Positions 27,028-40,849 of a stretch of 64,000 nucleotides of DNA are shown piece after piece. Below the pieces are notes generated by a model. It made no database searches. It was not told where the DNA came from and saw only the letters and a list, made by a program, of their open reading frames with translations. The stretch comes from Felis catus (Eukaryota), in assembly GCF_018350175.1 (NCBI RefSeq), contig NC_058368.1, forward strand, positions 42,348,001-42,412,000, written 5' to 3'. A program made the translations under genes and the position numbers. How positions within the stretch are numbered: the stretch's first letter is position 1; each line of letters begins with the position of its first letter.

Positions 27028-27242
27028 GGGGCGCCTGGGTGGCGCAGTCAGTTAAGTGTCCGACTTCAGCCAGGTCACGATCTCGCGGTCCGTGAGTTCG
27101 AGCCCCGCGTCAGGCTCTGGGCTGATGGCTCAGAGCCTGGAGCCAGTTTCAGATTCTGTGTCTCCCTCTCTCTGACCCTCCCCTGTTCATGCTCTGTCTC
27201 TCTCTGTCCCAAAAATAAATAAACGTTGAAAAAAACATTAAA
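27028..27242 (+). mobile_element. Young felid Can-SINE
   Basis: CpG-rich 'cagccaggtcacgatctcgcggtccgtgagttcgagccccgcgtc'; TSD AAAAGTTTCCA at 27017-27027 and 27243-27253. Confidence 0.97.
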
Positions 27243-27469
27243 AAAAGTTTCCATATTTTTTTCTTAATAGAGAAGCACTTTTTCTAATCGAGAATAAGTT
27301 CATTCATATCAACATGCTAGAAATATTCGCTTTGTCTCTGCAAACCCGATTTAGGGAAACTATCCTACAGAAATAACTACATATGCAGACAATTTTTCTG
27401 GAGAGATGTTCATAGCAATTAGGTATCAAAGTTAAAACTAAGGAATAAGTTACAATACATAAACTTTTA

Positions 27470-28285
27470 AAATGTATACAAATGGCCAATAGACACATGA
27501 AAAGATGCTCAACATCATTAGTCATGAAAGAAATGCAAATCAAAACCACAATGAGGTATCATTTCAGACACAATAGATTTGGCTAACACAGAATGAAAGA
27601 TAAGTTTTGATGAGGTTATAAAGATATTGGAACATCCCTGATGGGAGTATTAAATGATAAAGTGACTATGGAAAACAGTATGGCATTTCCTCAATTATTT
27701 AAACAGAGAATTACTATATGACCCAGAAATTCCACTCCTAGGAATATGCTCAAAAGAACTGAAATAGGTGTTCAAACAAAACCTGTACACAAATATTTAC
27801 AGCGGCACTATTCCAGCAGCCAAAATGTGGACACCACCCAAATGTCTACCAACTGAAAAATAAACAAAATGTGGTATAGCCATGTAGAGGAACATTACCC
27901 AGCCATCAAAAGAAATGATGTATGGTGATAGCTGCTACAACATGCATAAAACTTGAAAACATTATGCTAAGAGAAAGCCACAAAAGTCACAAAAAGGCCA
28001 CATGTTTTATGATTCCATTTATATGAAATATCCAAATTAAGCTTATTCATAAAGACAGTAAACAGATTAGTGGTTGGCAGAGATGAGGAGGTGGAGAGAA
28101 TGGGAAGTGACTTCTTAATGGACAAGGAGTTTCCTTTTGGGGTGACGAAAATGTTCAGAAACTACATTTGGGTGATGGTTGCATAACACTGTAAATGTAC
28201 TAAATGCCACTGAACTGTATACTTTAAAGTGGTTAAAATGGTTAATTTCATGTTTTGAGTATTTTACCAAACACAAAAAGTTACA
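27470..28285 (+). mobile_element. Old L1 (L1MB-like): ORF2 C-terminus and 3' UTR
   Basis: 'caaatggccaatagacacatgaaaagatgctcaacatcattagtc...gaaatgcaaatcaaaaccacaatgag' through 'actgaactgtatactttaaagtggttaaaatggttaatttcatg'. Confidence 0.92.
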
Positions 28286-29917
28286 ATCATAAAATGGGAA
28301 AGAAAAGAAAAAGTTCACTACAGCAAATCTCTCCCCCCACCCCCAAAAAATAGGTTCTGGCATTTCTCTCTTCATAAAGTTTGGTTTTCTTATCATTGTT
28401 TAATGATAATTTTCCTTTCCAGAAGACCCATCTGAAAAGATTTTCAATATTAGTATTTTTTTAGTATGTCCTTGATTGTAGTTTGCCAAGACCAGAGTTC
28501 ATAATATATTTTCTTTATTTTTTTTCTTTTTTTTTTTTTTTTTCTGTGAGCGAGTGCTTTTAACTTGTCCATGGTCCACAACTTATCTGGGTCTATGACA
28601 CAGAATCAAGATGAAGGTCCAAGACATCAGCAGGTGTAAACTCAATTTTGTAAGACCAACTCATTCATATCTAAAAACTATTAATAGAGAAGAACAGATG
28701 AGGCACATTTTTTCCCATCGCAGTGAACAAGGATGATTCATGCTGTCTTACTAAAATTAACTATCTCCTGTATATGTTACCAAAGAGTACTCTCTAGGAA
28801 GAAAAAAATATATTTTTTTCTAAGAATCACGGGAGACTTCAGAATAAAATTACCTTCTCCAACTATACACTTTTTTTAAAGCATAATTTTGATTTACTCT
28901 TCTTTAATAAACTTACCATCTGCTATAATTTTAATTTAACTCAAATTTAATTTATTCATTGTAATTTCACTTGACTAACTGCTTTTCAATTCCATTAAAA
29001 TTTTCACCTAAAATCAAAACTCAAACCTAGAAATAATTTTGAGGTTGACTTGAAAACAAGCAAAAAAAAAAAAACAAAAAAAAAAACTAAAAAACTAACA
29101 AAACCAAATGTGGTCTTTATTTCAGAAGTAAAGCATATTTTCATGAAGGAAATAAAATATTTTCCTCAGGGGAAAAATAATAGTGTTTTCATGAAGGATA
29201 GTAATAAGTTTCACTAGCACAAATATAAACGGAAATAAGAGAAAGAGGCAATGTAAAAAATCATTGGGGCATACTCCTCAATTATAAGGAGAAGTCTCAT
29301 ACCTTCAGAAGGTAGGAAATGATAGATGATCATGTTTGAGTATATTTTTTATTTAGTATTACTTCCTTCCAATTTGATCGAAGTTTTAAGTCTCAAGAAT
29401 AAGATTTGTTTTTGCCTAACGTTACAATAAAAAACAGTGCCACAAACTCTTGGTTTTTAGAGAAGCATATTAAAATGGTGAACAATGACTTCCAATAAAT
29501 CTTCTATGTCTCTTGATCTATCAATGAGCAGATTATAACCTGAGATTCAGGAGAAGAAAGGAGACTAATGTCCCCACAGGAAAACAAAGGCTTCAGTCAT
29601 CTACTGATACACTCACTCATTAAGTACTTTCTGAGCACCTACTGTGTTTTACATGTTAAGCTAGCAGATGAAGTACAGTGGAGGAAAGATACTGTTGCTG
29701 CCTCAAGAACAGGCAAGGGATCTAACTTGATATTGGGGAAACCATTCCCTCCAGTTAAATGAGGCAAATTGAAATGCACAGCAAGCCATCAGAGGAGCTG
29801 CTTGCTTTCCTCACCAGCGCACCAGATTAACTACATCTAAGTAATGCTCCTTTCTTTGATTCTTGTACCTCCTTTGTGATATTAATTCATTTATTCTTTA
29901 ATATATCATCACACTTC

Positions 29918-30179
29918 GGGGCACCTGGGTGGTTCAGTCAGTTGGGTGCTGACTTCAGGTCAGGTTCGATCTCACAGTCAGTGAGTTCAAGCCCCACATT
30001 AGGCTCTGTACTGACAGCTCAGAGCCTGGAGCCTGCTTTGGATTCCATGTCTCCCTCTCTCTCTGCTCCTCCCCCACTCATGCTCTGTCTCTCTCTGTCT
30101 CTCAAAAATGAATAAATGTTAAAAAAATTAAATATATATATATCATATGATATATATCAAATTTATCAAAATATATATC

Positions 30180-30222
<43 letters not shown>
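29918..30222 (+). mobile_element. Can-SINE whose tail has expanded into (TA)n
   Basis: SINE body 29918-30130, then a TA tract; TSD-like atatatca(t/a)cacacttc on both sides. Confidence 0.93.
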
Positions 30223-30230
<8 letters not shown>

Positions 30231-30856
30231 ACACACTTCTTTTAAGAGATAAGCTCTTTTAATTTTAGAGCCAGTATCTGTTCTCTCTTCATAAACCCCA
30301 GATACTCTTAGCTAAAAACAGTAAGTAGTACAAAAACATTGACTAATTAATAGCTTAATCCAGACATAAAACCCTGGACAACTCACAACAAATGGAACTG
30401 ATAAAAATGCATGCTCCAAAAGACAAAAGACAGAACAGCAGAGAAAATAGGCCAATGAATTTCATCATCGAGGATCTCCTAGGACCAAGGAGTATCATTA
30501 ATTTTCCCTATTAATTATCTTTATGAAGATGTAAATCAGAACTACATAGTAAAAATCTCTGATCAGTTAAAGCCTGGACTAACATAACAAAAACAAAAAC
30601 AAAAACAACAACAACAAAAAACACAAAGTCCAGAATGGACTACAGCTGAAAGGTAAAAGAGCAGCAAAGAGAAAACATGTCTGCCATTACCTGAGGAAAA
30701 AATATTTTACATCAAAGTTTAGACACTAAAATTTAGATTTTCTATAAAATGGACTCTAGTCTTTATGAAACAATGTTCTCTGAATGCTTACACTAGCTAT
30801 CACTTAGTCAAGAGTGATTCCACAAAGAAGTTGCCATTAAAAATGTTTAGTGTTCA

Positions 30857-31063
30857 GGGGCGCCTGGGTGGTGCAGTCGGTTAAGCGTCCGACTTCAACC
30901 AGGTCACGATCTCATGGTCAGTGAGTTCGAGCCCCGCGTCAGGCTCTGGGCTGATGGCTCAGAGGCTGGAGCCTGTTTCCGATTCTGTGTCTCCCTCTCT
31001 CTCTGCCCCTCCCCTGTTCATGCTCTGTCTCTCTTTGTCCCAAAAATAAATAAACATTGAAAA
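30857..31063 (+). mobile_element. Young felid Can-SINE
   Basis: Perfect 18-bp TSD AAAAATGTTTAGTGTTCA at 30839-30856 and 31064-31081. Confidence 0.97.
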
Positions 31064-31920
31064 AAAAATGTTTAGTGTTCAATATGTTGCATAAGACCTA
31101 GGAACCATTTGTGAATTACCTATTAGGAAAAAAAATGAATGAATGAATATATAATAAATGGAAAAATGATTAACCAAGGAGATGGTTTTCTCTATTTTCC
31201 TGACTTAGCTGATATTTATGTGTACACGTAATATGGAAAAATAGGACAACATCAATAATTCTAACTCTCTATAAATAAACACTAGCAGCTAGGGTCTTTA
31301 ATTCCATTTGGGGAAAGATTGAAGTTAGACTAATTCCTAACAGAGCCTTTGTTCAGTATAATCTGAGGCATGGCTATGAAGCAAGACAAGCTATTTCGGA
31401 AAGCAACATTGTTCATATACTGATGAAAGACATTAAGGAAAGGAAGGTGGCTTCTCTGCTTTTTATCAGAAGGTTCTCATTTACTCTGAGGGGGCAGGGA
31501 GCAGGGAGACTGAATAGGAGACCTCCTCACTAGTGCCAACAGTTAATAAGGAAGAGATTTCAGAGTTGTAGCCATGTCATATCATACTGTCCTCCTTCGT
31601 CACACCTTGGCCTGAAATACAGAAAGACATACCGAAAGGCTAGGAAGGGTGGGAAGGAAGGAATCAGTAGGTAAATAAGCTGTGAGGTAACTTGCTAAGA
31701 ACTCTGATTTTATAATAAGTAAATAAATAAATACACACAATCAAGACATTTTCAGAGGTCTAAGAATGAAAGAGATCAAAACTGTCCAATCATCCAATGA
31801 CATGGAATCCCTTAGAAGCTAGAGACAAATTGTTTTTTTTTGTTTTTTTGTTTTTTGGGTTTTTTTTTTAATATTCTGTGGCACTTGTGCCAGCCAAGGA
31901 CCAGTTGGGAAAACACAAAG

Positions 31921-32562
31921 TGTATTAGTTGTTTTGACAGAGGGAATTTAACATAAGGAATTGTTAATCAGATGTTGGAGGGTTAAAGGTGCAAATTAAG
32001 AAATGAGAAAAGGAAGTTGAGGGAAGGAGGAAGAAAGAAAGGGAATGAAAAAAGATGCTGAGGTGACAGAGTTATAAATAACCATGGAGAAGATCAAACA
32101 CTTATACAGCTCAGGACATAAAGGGAAGAGCCTGGGGTTGTTAGAAACTAGATGCCTGTCAGTGGGCCCCATAGAATTGGAACTTAGAGTTCTGAAGAGG
32201 AGCAATGCCTGGCTACATCTGGTGATGCCACAGGGGTGTAATAAGACAGACTCTAGGAATGAATGAAGAAAAAGAGGGGAAAAAGCACTGCATAAAAGAA
32301 AGGGCTGCTGCCAAGGTGAAATGCTATTTTTGGGGGACAATGAAAGGCAAACTAGCAAAGAAAGAAGCCATAGCTCCCCTTCCCCTCCTTCCGCCCCCCC
32401 CGCCCCCAGGCCGGTCAGCCTCCTTCTAGGGCTCCCTGTTGTTGGCAGATCCTAAGAGGAAGCCAGAAGACCAAGGGGAAAGGCAGTTCAAAGAGCCCCT
32501 GCCCTGAAATCACAAAGCTGGTGGGTCTGGAGCTGGAAGATAACAGCTTTATTACCAACACT
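31921..32562 (-). mobile_element. Probable old ERVL-class solo LTR
   Basis: Begins 'tgtattagt...acagagggaatttaacataaggaattg' and ends 'gggtctggagctggaagataacagctttattaccaaca', resembling a reversed ERVL LTR; family uncertain. Confidence 0.5.
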
Positions 32563-34164
32563 GAAATTTAATCAAGGAAATTAAGATGTGACAACTGATA
32601 AGGTTCCTTTCATTTTGAATCATAATATCATTCTGTGGAAGAACTTGAACTAAGGTACTGACTCCAGAAATAGCACTGAGCATGTCCACAGGCTAGGTGG
32701 CTGAAGACTTCTGTGAGCAAGAGAAAAGATGAAAACGTTCAAAGTATGATTTTGTCATCTGAGCTCCTTTTTTGAGTCTCCTCTGAAAATAATCATTTCC
32801 TCAATGATTCAGTGGCATTGTCTACAAAACTGTACTGACTTTATATCTTATTCTATACCAAATATAAATATAGGCTAAAACCACACAGGACCTAGCTATA
32901 TTTGGTATGCCCCATCTATCATGGGATAGTTAATTTGTGCATTCATCTTTTAAAACTAATAATGAATTTCTAAAACCTTTTAAATGGGCTTAAGTTTTGT
33001 AATCCATTTATTGAACATGCCTGCAATGAAAAATTAATTATTAAACAAGAACCTTGGGAAGACATCAGTGGCCTTGTCACCCACGCACTAGATTGATAAC
33101 ATGTCAGTTTCCAGACCAGGGAGGGTGCTGACAACTCTCAAATTTAAACCTAGAAGGGTAATGCTAAGCATGTCATGGAGTAAGTCACATTTTTAATTTA
33201 TTTTTTATTAAATGTTAGATAGAATAAATTCATCCATGCCTCTCAAACTCCTCCTGATTAAATGAGCTGGCACTCTTTCAAATGTAAAGCATGGTTAAGG
33301 CTTCTCAAGGGCATCAGAAACGCTGAAGCGTAAGACAACGGTAAATACAAAAGGCAAAAGAAGTGGACAGTGATATATTCACAAGCACCACAGGCGAAGT
33401 GAGGTTTTTGAAGATGCTGAGGTTAACAAAACAAGGGCAGCACACTCCCCAAATGGTAAATGCACCTGCACACGCTCTGCTTTAGTGCTGGTGCATAAAT
33501 GTGTCCACCACTAAGGTTTGGAAAAAAAGGGGGGGGGGGAGAGAAGAAAGAAACCCTAAGAAACAGAAAGAACAGCTGTAACCAATTTTCCAACTCTAAG
33601 TTTTAGTGTTGGGTTAAGAAGTCAGGAGAATTGTTCAATATCTGTGTCAGATCTACCCTTTAATTTTGCAAAGTGAAGATGGTTTACTGTGACTCTAAAG
33701 AAAAGAACAGCTGTTATATTGTGTGTTCCTGTAGCAAATACTGCAGCATTTTGAACTCTTCTCCTTCCAGGCAGAGCTCAATCTCATTGTATAAAATGAT
33801 TAGAAAACAGTTTATATCAAACATACTCAACCAGGTCAGAGAGAACAGATCATCCCAGTATTATTGAGCTATGATATTTGAAAAAAGATAAAGAAGATGT
33901 TCACAGTATATTACTTCAGTTTATAATTCTCAGTCTTTTTTTTTCCAGTAAACAGTTATTTGCCATTCACTGGGCTAATAGGGCTAAATACTATGGAAGA
34001 TAAAAATATGTAAACGACACTGTCTAGCCTCACAGAGCTTTTTAATAAGAAGATACAGCAAGGAAGAACATTAAGTCTTATCAGAAAGGCACAAGAAAAG
34101 TACTAAATAAATTGTAGCTTGAGTCCTCAGAGGAAATTTCATTAACAGTGTCTTTTGAGCTGGA

Positions 34165-34460
34165 CATTTTATTGACTGTTACTATGTTCCATGCAGTTAG
34201 GATACAATGGTGAACCGTCACAGATCCCTGCCCTTGCAAAGCTAACATTCTAGTGAGTAGAGGCAAATTATTTACAATAGGCATAATAAAAGTAAGTTAT
34301 ATTGCATGTTAGAACACTAATGCTAAGAAAAAAGGAAAAGTGAGGTTAGTCATGGATTCAGAGTGCTTACGCTGCATATGAGTGATTACAATTTTAAATA
34401 GCATGGATGAGATAGGCTTCATTGGGAAAGTGACATTTGAACAAGAACTTTGAAGAATTT
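34165..34460 (-). mobile_element. L2 fragment
   Basis: 'catttttattgactgttactatgttccatgc...ggatacaatggtgaac...ccctgcccttgcaaagctaacattctagtg'. Confidence 0.7.
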
Positions 34461-34707
34461 TAATAAGCATTTGCTTATGGGAAAGACTTTTAAGGAAGGA
34501 AACAGCATCAAAATTATAATCCATTTTTATGTTTATCCTAAGAGCCTAGTACTAAACTGACACAGAACAGGCACACAAAAATATAGTGAATGAATAAATG
34601 CATGAGCAACCTTAATAATATCACCTAGTGCACTTGTCCAAACTTAAATAGTCCCATTTAGTTGAGAAGTGTGGTATTTGTAGCAGAATCATGGTAGAAA
34701 AAGCTTT

Positions 34708-34950
34708 AAAAAAAGAAAGAGACAGAGACAGAGAAGCAAACCTTAAGAGACTCTTAACTATAGAGAACTGAGGGTTGATGGAGAGAAGTGGGGGTGCGGG
34801 GCTAAATGGGTGATGGGCTGAAAGGAGCACACTTGCTGGGATGAGCACTGGGTGTTGTATGTAAGTGATGAATCACTGAATTCTACACGTGAAATCAATT
34901 TTACCATATGTGTTAACTAAACTTTAAATAAAATTTTGAAATTAAAAAAG
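34708..34950 (+). mobile_element. Carnivore L1 3' end
   Basis: 'aagagactcttaactatagagaactgagggttgatgg...gatgagcactgggtgttgtatgtaagtgatgaatcactgaattcta' plus an A-rich tail. Confidence 0.9.
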
Positions 34951-35962
34951 TGAAAAAGTTAGGATAGAGTTTTGTTTTAAATTCAAAGATAAAGGATTTT
35001 ATAGGGAATTCAATATAGAATTGAAAACTAGTGAAGTTTTAAACTAGAGCCAAGGTGGAGAGGAAAAGAGAAGAAACGAGTGGTAACACAGAGCTGCACT
35101 ATAAAGGGATGGCTGAATTAGATTAGACGTGGAGGTATCAAACTGGAGGTAAGAGAGGTGATTAATAGGCTCTTAAATATTCCTTGAAAGAGGTAACACA
35201 GACTTCACCTTGGATTATGATATTGCAACTTGAATGTTGGGCCATATCCAAAAGAAACTTACCCACTTATTCATTGAGAGCTTAAAAAAAAAGTCATATT
35301 ATGAAAACTCAAAAACAAATATAAAATAAAAAGTGAATACTTCAATCAATCATTATTGACTACAACACAAACTAAGATAAACCATCAATACCTCAGAAAG
35401 ACTCAGAGTCCTTTGCCATCTATACCAGGCTCCTTTTCTTCCTTTGTAACCATTTCCCCAACCAACCACCCTTTACAACACTGTGCTCTCCAAACAAACA
35501 AACAAACCTGGTTAGTTCCCACCTCTGTGCCCAGGCTATATAGCATTTATCATTTTGTACCCAGCCTGAGAGACTCCTATTTATCCTTCAAGGCCTAGTT
35601 CATATGTCATTTAATCTCTAAATCAATTAGTTTGGCCTAAAATGTCAAGCAAGTTTGAGATACAAGTTTCAGAGTCAGCAGCAAGTAGTAGGAATGTTGA
35701 TAATGGATGAAAGTAGCAAAGGAAAAACATTAAAAAAAAAGACGCAAAGGGAGATGAGCAAAAACCCATTTATATTTCTAAAGGACTTGCTATCATTACA
35801 TGTTTCTTCTGTATTCTTTGACTTTTAAACTAAATACATTAACTGCTAAAGGAAAAAGTAACTCAACATCATTTCCATTCTTCAATCATTTCTGAGAAAA
35901 TAAAATTCACAAGGAATAGAATCAGATTCTTTTTGTACATTAGGAAATAATAACATTCTTAA

Positions 35963-36168
35963 CTTTTTTAATGTCTATTTATTTATTTTGAGAGAGATAA
36001 ATAGAGCACAAGCAGGGGAGGGGCAGAGAGAAAGGAAGAGAGAGAACCCCAAGCAGGCTCCACACTGTCCAACCCACAAACCATGAGATCAAACTCACAA
36101 ACCGTGAGATCACGACCTGAACCAAAATCAAGAGTTGGATGCTTAACCAACTGCACCACCCAGGCTCC
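35963..36168 (-). mobile_element. Can-SINE (diverged)
   Basis: Reverse SINE; TSD AACATTCTTAA at 35952-35962 and 36170-36180. Confidence 0.93.
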
Positions 36169-36434
36169 AAACATTCTTAATTTTTATCCATGCTAAAAAA
36201 GTGAGTTTTAGACTTAATCGTGACCAATTCACAGCATTCATAGTATATTTAAATAGTCGTAAGCTAGGAAACAAACATCAAAACTTTCCTAATGCTGAAA
36301 ATACTAATTTCTGGTGATATTTTAAAGTGGTAAATTTATTTATATATAATATACTATATATATATATATATGTAATATATATATATAATATATAAACATA
36401 CTTACATAAAATAGTATATTTATTGGTATTACTG

Positions 36435-36670
36435 ATATGCATTTATTGAGTACTTATACGACCCTATCATTTTCTAAGTACTTAACATCCTCTACCCATT
36501 TACAAAACTATAGATGAAGACTAGCTTTTACTGTAATTACCCACATTTTACAAAGATTAACTAAGACTTAGAAAGGCAAAATATCTTCCTGAAGTCACAT
36601 AACTAATAAATTCAACACACAACTAAGTTTGTGTTAAACTGAAGCTTACTTTCCAACTACAGAGTTAAGC
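36435..36670 (-). mobile_element. MIR fragment
   Basis: 'catttattgagtacttata...cccacattttacaaagattaactaagacttagaaagg' reversed MIR core. Confidence 0.6.
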
Positions 36671-37604
36671 TAGTTCGTATAATCACTATACTCAAGTAAA
36701 AGTGGGAGATTTGATATGTGAACTGGGATTCAAATGTACAGTTATCATACTTCTATTAACCACATTGGTTAAACAACAAAATAATTTCAAAACTATGTAA
36801 AACAATGAAAAATTATGCCATAAAACTTTAAGAATTATGTCCCTGAAAATTATTTCACCAGAGACAAAGGAACAAGAGTAGGAGCTATGCTGTGCTGCCG
36901 GGAATCCAAGTTTTAGTTTGTTTCTTACAGCTAACAAAACAAGGGTAGAGAAATCCCAAAATGGGAAAAGCCGTGGCTTGTTCCCTGCCTGGCATGGTCT
37001 GAGAATGCTCTTGGTATAGCATTCTAAGTACCTAGGAGAGAATGTCAATCCCCTTGGTTTAATTAAAACTGGAGTTGTTTGGCTGTGACTGAAAGACAGA
37101 GAGAGAGCAACATGGGATCTAAGAAGTAGGAGGAACAGACGGAGTCGTATACTCCTAGTGGGACAGAGGGGACAGGAGAGTCCCCCATGGTAATAATACT
37201 GAATCCCAGAAACCCTGCTCAAGAAGAGAATCTTCCAGAGACAAGTAATAGTCATGCCAAAAACATGAATGCATTTGATATATTAAGCATTTCTAGTTTT
37301 TATTTCTTATTCTCTTAGCTTTAGTTTCTATCAGTACAGATGAATACTCGGTAGGAATTTTGTAAGAAATCTGTTATTGTCAGGAAGACTTTTCAGCTTA
37401 GTTACTATGCCTCAAAGCTTCCATACAAAATGAATATAGGTTTCTCTTGTATCATTTTTAAAATAAATCTTTATTATTTGAAATAATGCTAAGCAATTGT
37501 TCCCAGAGTCCCCAGAAATGGTTACAACCAAACTACTTTAATACAATAAATGAGCAAGTTAAATTTTTCCATAGAAGGTCTTTATCTTCAGAATTCCTTG
37601 GGGT

Positions 37605-38105
37605 ACAAGGGATACAGGAGTGCTGATGCATAGGGGCACCTGTACCCCAATGTTTATAGCAGTACTTACAACAATAGCCAAATTATGGAAAGAGCCTAAA
37701 TGTCCATCAACTGACGAATGGATAAAGAAATTGTAGTTTATATACACAATGGAATACTACATGGCAATGAGAAAGAATGAAATATGGCCTTTTGTAGCAA
37801 CATGGATGGAACTGGAGAGTGTGATGCTAAGTGAAATAAGTCATACAGAGAAAGACAGATACCATATGTTTTCACTCTTATGTGGATCCTGAGAAACTTA
37901 CCAGAAGACCACAGAGGAGGGGAAGGGGAAAAAAAAAGTTAGAAAGGGAGGGAGCCAAACCAGAAGAGACTCTTAAAAACTGACAACAAACTGAGCGCTG
38001 ATGGGGGGTGGGAGGGTGGTGGGCATTGAGGAGGGCACCTGTTGGGATGAGCACTGGGCATTGTATGGAAACCAATTTGACAATACATTTCATATTTTAA
38101 AAAAA
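37605..38105 (+). mobile_element. 5'-truncated felid L1 (ORF2 C-terminus and 3' UTR)
   Basis: Translates to the L1 ORF2 end (…TCTPMFIAVLTTIAKLWKEPKCPSTDEWIKKL*FIYTMEYY…) with an in-frame stop; TSD AGAATT(C/T)CTTGGGGT at 37590-37604 and 38106-38120. Confidence 0.97.
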
Positions 38106-38992
38106 AGAATTTCTTGGGGTTAATATTTGTAAAAAATTCAAAACATTTAGTTTTATGTAAAACCATCAATCTATCAATCACTGAAATATGGACAACATAG
38201 CAATCATGAAGAAAAATGTTTATTACTAAAACCTAATTTACTATGTCAATAAACTCACGCTAAAAGACTTTACTAAGGATTTTTAAGTTGCCTATAATAA
38301 TATATAAACTCTTCAAAATCCTAACTTAACTGAAATAAAAAGATACAATAAATTTCTCAAAATTTATATCAAAATGCATACCATCTAGTTGCATAACCAT
38401 ACTTTATACTGAGTTAGAATGGTAATAAATATGTTCAAGACTGAATGTTTTAATTTATGGAGCCAGTCTCAGAGGTCACTACTCTGTTTTTGAAATGAAT
38501 TTAACAATTAACCAGGACTCTAAGATATCCAATTTTTTCATTTCTTATTTTTTCCTCTTTTAAGAAGACAACTACCAATTTTTAGAGATCAATGATTATC
38601 TCTGTCTGTTTTCCAAACAGGATTAATGATGCACTAAATCTAATTAGCTACAACTTAACTTTCACTGAAACAAAGTTGGCTTTTTCTAACAGAGAGTTTA
38701 ATCTTCTATGAACTTTGGTCTTTCATCTGACTATATTTTTACTACCAGGTTTATTATGCTATTTTTGTCTCTAATGGAAAACATTATGAATGGTGTTATT
38801 AAAGGACATATTGACCAGTCCATTAATTATTAGTCTATCTAGTGCTCACATTTTCAGCCATCTACCTCAGGCCTTTGTGTAGTTATTGCATGAACACAGA
38901 CTCTGTTTTGGATTGTCATTTGTTTGGTTTTGTTTCTTGATTGTTGTTTTAATGTTAAATATAACAATTGTACTGAGACAGGGTTGTTTTTA

Positions 38993-39216
38993 TTTTTTTT
39001 TATTTTTTTTTCAACGTTTATTTATTTTGGGGACAGAGAGAGACAGAGCATGAACGGGGGAGGGGCAGAGAGAGAGAGGGAGAAACAGAATCGGAAACAG
39101 GCTCCAGGCTCTGAGCCATCAGCCCAGAGCCCGACGCGGGGCTCGAACTCACGGACCGCGACATCGTGACCTGGCTGAAGTCGGACACTTAACCGACTGT
39201 GCCACCCAGGCGCCCC
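38993..39216 (-). mobile_element. Young felid Can-SINE
   Basis: CpG-rich; 18-bp TSD GAGACAGGGTTGTTTTTA at 38975-38992 and 39219-39236. Confidence 0.97.
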
Positions 39217-39456
39217 AAGAGACAGGGTTGTTTTTAAAAGAATCACACATCAGTTTATAAAACTCCCTACTACATCATGTTTGGCTTTACCAGACTTGTT
39301 TTCCATGATCTCCCAATCAAACGGAATTGACCTGGTTCATTTATGGAGCTTTCTCCCAATTATAAGTGTACACACATATACATATATGGTAAGTGCACAT
39401 GATTTAGAAAACCACTTTATGTAGCAAACATACTTCTGGAATACTGTTGTATTTTA

Positions 39457-39684
39457 TTATTATTATTATTTTTATTTTTAGAGAGAAAGAGAATGTGAGT
39501 AGGGAAGAAGGGTAGTGGGAGAGAGAGGGAGAGAGAGGGAGAGAGAGAGAAAGAGCGAGCAAGCATCTCAAGCAGGCTCCACACCCAGGGCACAGCCAGA
39601 CACAGGGCTCAGTCTCACAACCATTAGATCGTGATCTGAGCCAAAATCAAGATTCAGACGCTCAACTGAGCCACCCAGGTGTTC
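39457..39684 (-). mobile_element. Can-SINE (diverged)
   Basis: Reverse SINE; TSD ctgtt(g/a)tatttta at 39444-39456 and 39685-39697. Confidence 0.93.
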
Positions 39685-40849
39685 CTGTTATATTTTAAAA
39701 GCAGCTTTACAAATAACTTCCTTGCAACAAAGATACTATATTATTTTATATATATATAATACCTGATTCTAAAAAGTTACTTATTCCAAACACTTTCATA
39801 TTCTAGACCCTTGTACTGGACTTTGAACAACAGTTTAAATTTCAAAAATGGGGAGAAATAGATTCAACCAATTTGTCTCCTCATTCTATAGTGTGTTTAT
39901 TAACATATATTATCACTGTATTACTTTAAGAAACTACAATGACGGAAGTTGACTTTCACAATTTAATCTTTTATTCTTTCTGAGGATACCTACACAAGAT
40001 GTTTTTCTCCAGCAAAAGTAGCACCCTGTTGGATGCACATATTATTAGATATATCTAATATACTTACTTGGAATATACTTACAAACATCACTTCCAATTA
40101 TTTAAATAAAGATTAAAATGAAACCAATATAGTATGAAGCAGGAATTTTCATTACTTCATTCACTGCCAAAGTGTTTGTCCCAATTGTAAACTCAGTCAT
40201 AATATACTCTTAAGATTTTTCACTCTTTAGTCTATCCATTATAACTACAAAATTAAATAACATTTTCCAGGAACTATTTTAATGATTGGTACTTATTATT
40301 GGAGAATATCATAAGAAGAAAGAGCTTTTATTTAAAAAAAATAGTCTCTTTAAAAGGCATAATATCTGTCATGAGTTCTCTTCCCTACTAGTCTCTAGGG
40401 AAGGCAGATGGATGTGCCTGTTCCCACGTGCAGGGGAGATCTAACAGACCTGACCGCGCTTCTGATAAATCTTCTCTATAGTCCCATTAGTTTTGATGAA
40501 GTTCTTTGAAAAACTGAGGAGAGAAAAATGCCTTTGAAAAATGCTCCTATTCTGCAGTGTGGTGTTACTAGGGTCCCGATTTATTCCATACAAAGGATTA
40601 GGTCACGGAGGAAAATATTAACTTTTGTTTTCCTTTGATATATTTATTTGCTTAGTGCAAACATACAGTTAAAAGCCACATTATGGATTTAGAAACTTCT
40701 CACAATAGTATAATCAGATTCTTTTAAATAGTCACATAAAATATCAGTTTCTTAAATTGAAAAAGGAATTTATACCTTGTACTTTTTATGAGAATTTCAT
40801 TACATAGAACATATTTTAAAACAAATACAAATATGTTTTTAAAATTTTG

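Noticed and set aside
28910..28930. 3-nt exon cag|ATG|gtaagt (minus strand)
   Set aside because: Upstream sequence is A-rich with no polypyrimidine tract.
36692..37255. Longest ORF in the track (187 aa, minus strand)
   Set aside because: Leu/Ser/Phe-rich composition typical of random T-rich DNA; no recognisable domain or exon boundaries; region looks like decayed repeat.
37605..37890. L1 ORF2 as a CDS
   Set aside because: 5'-truncated fragment with an in-frame stop; not functional.
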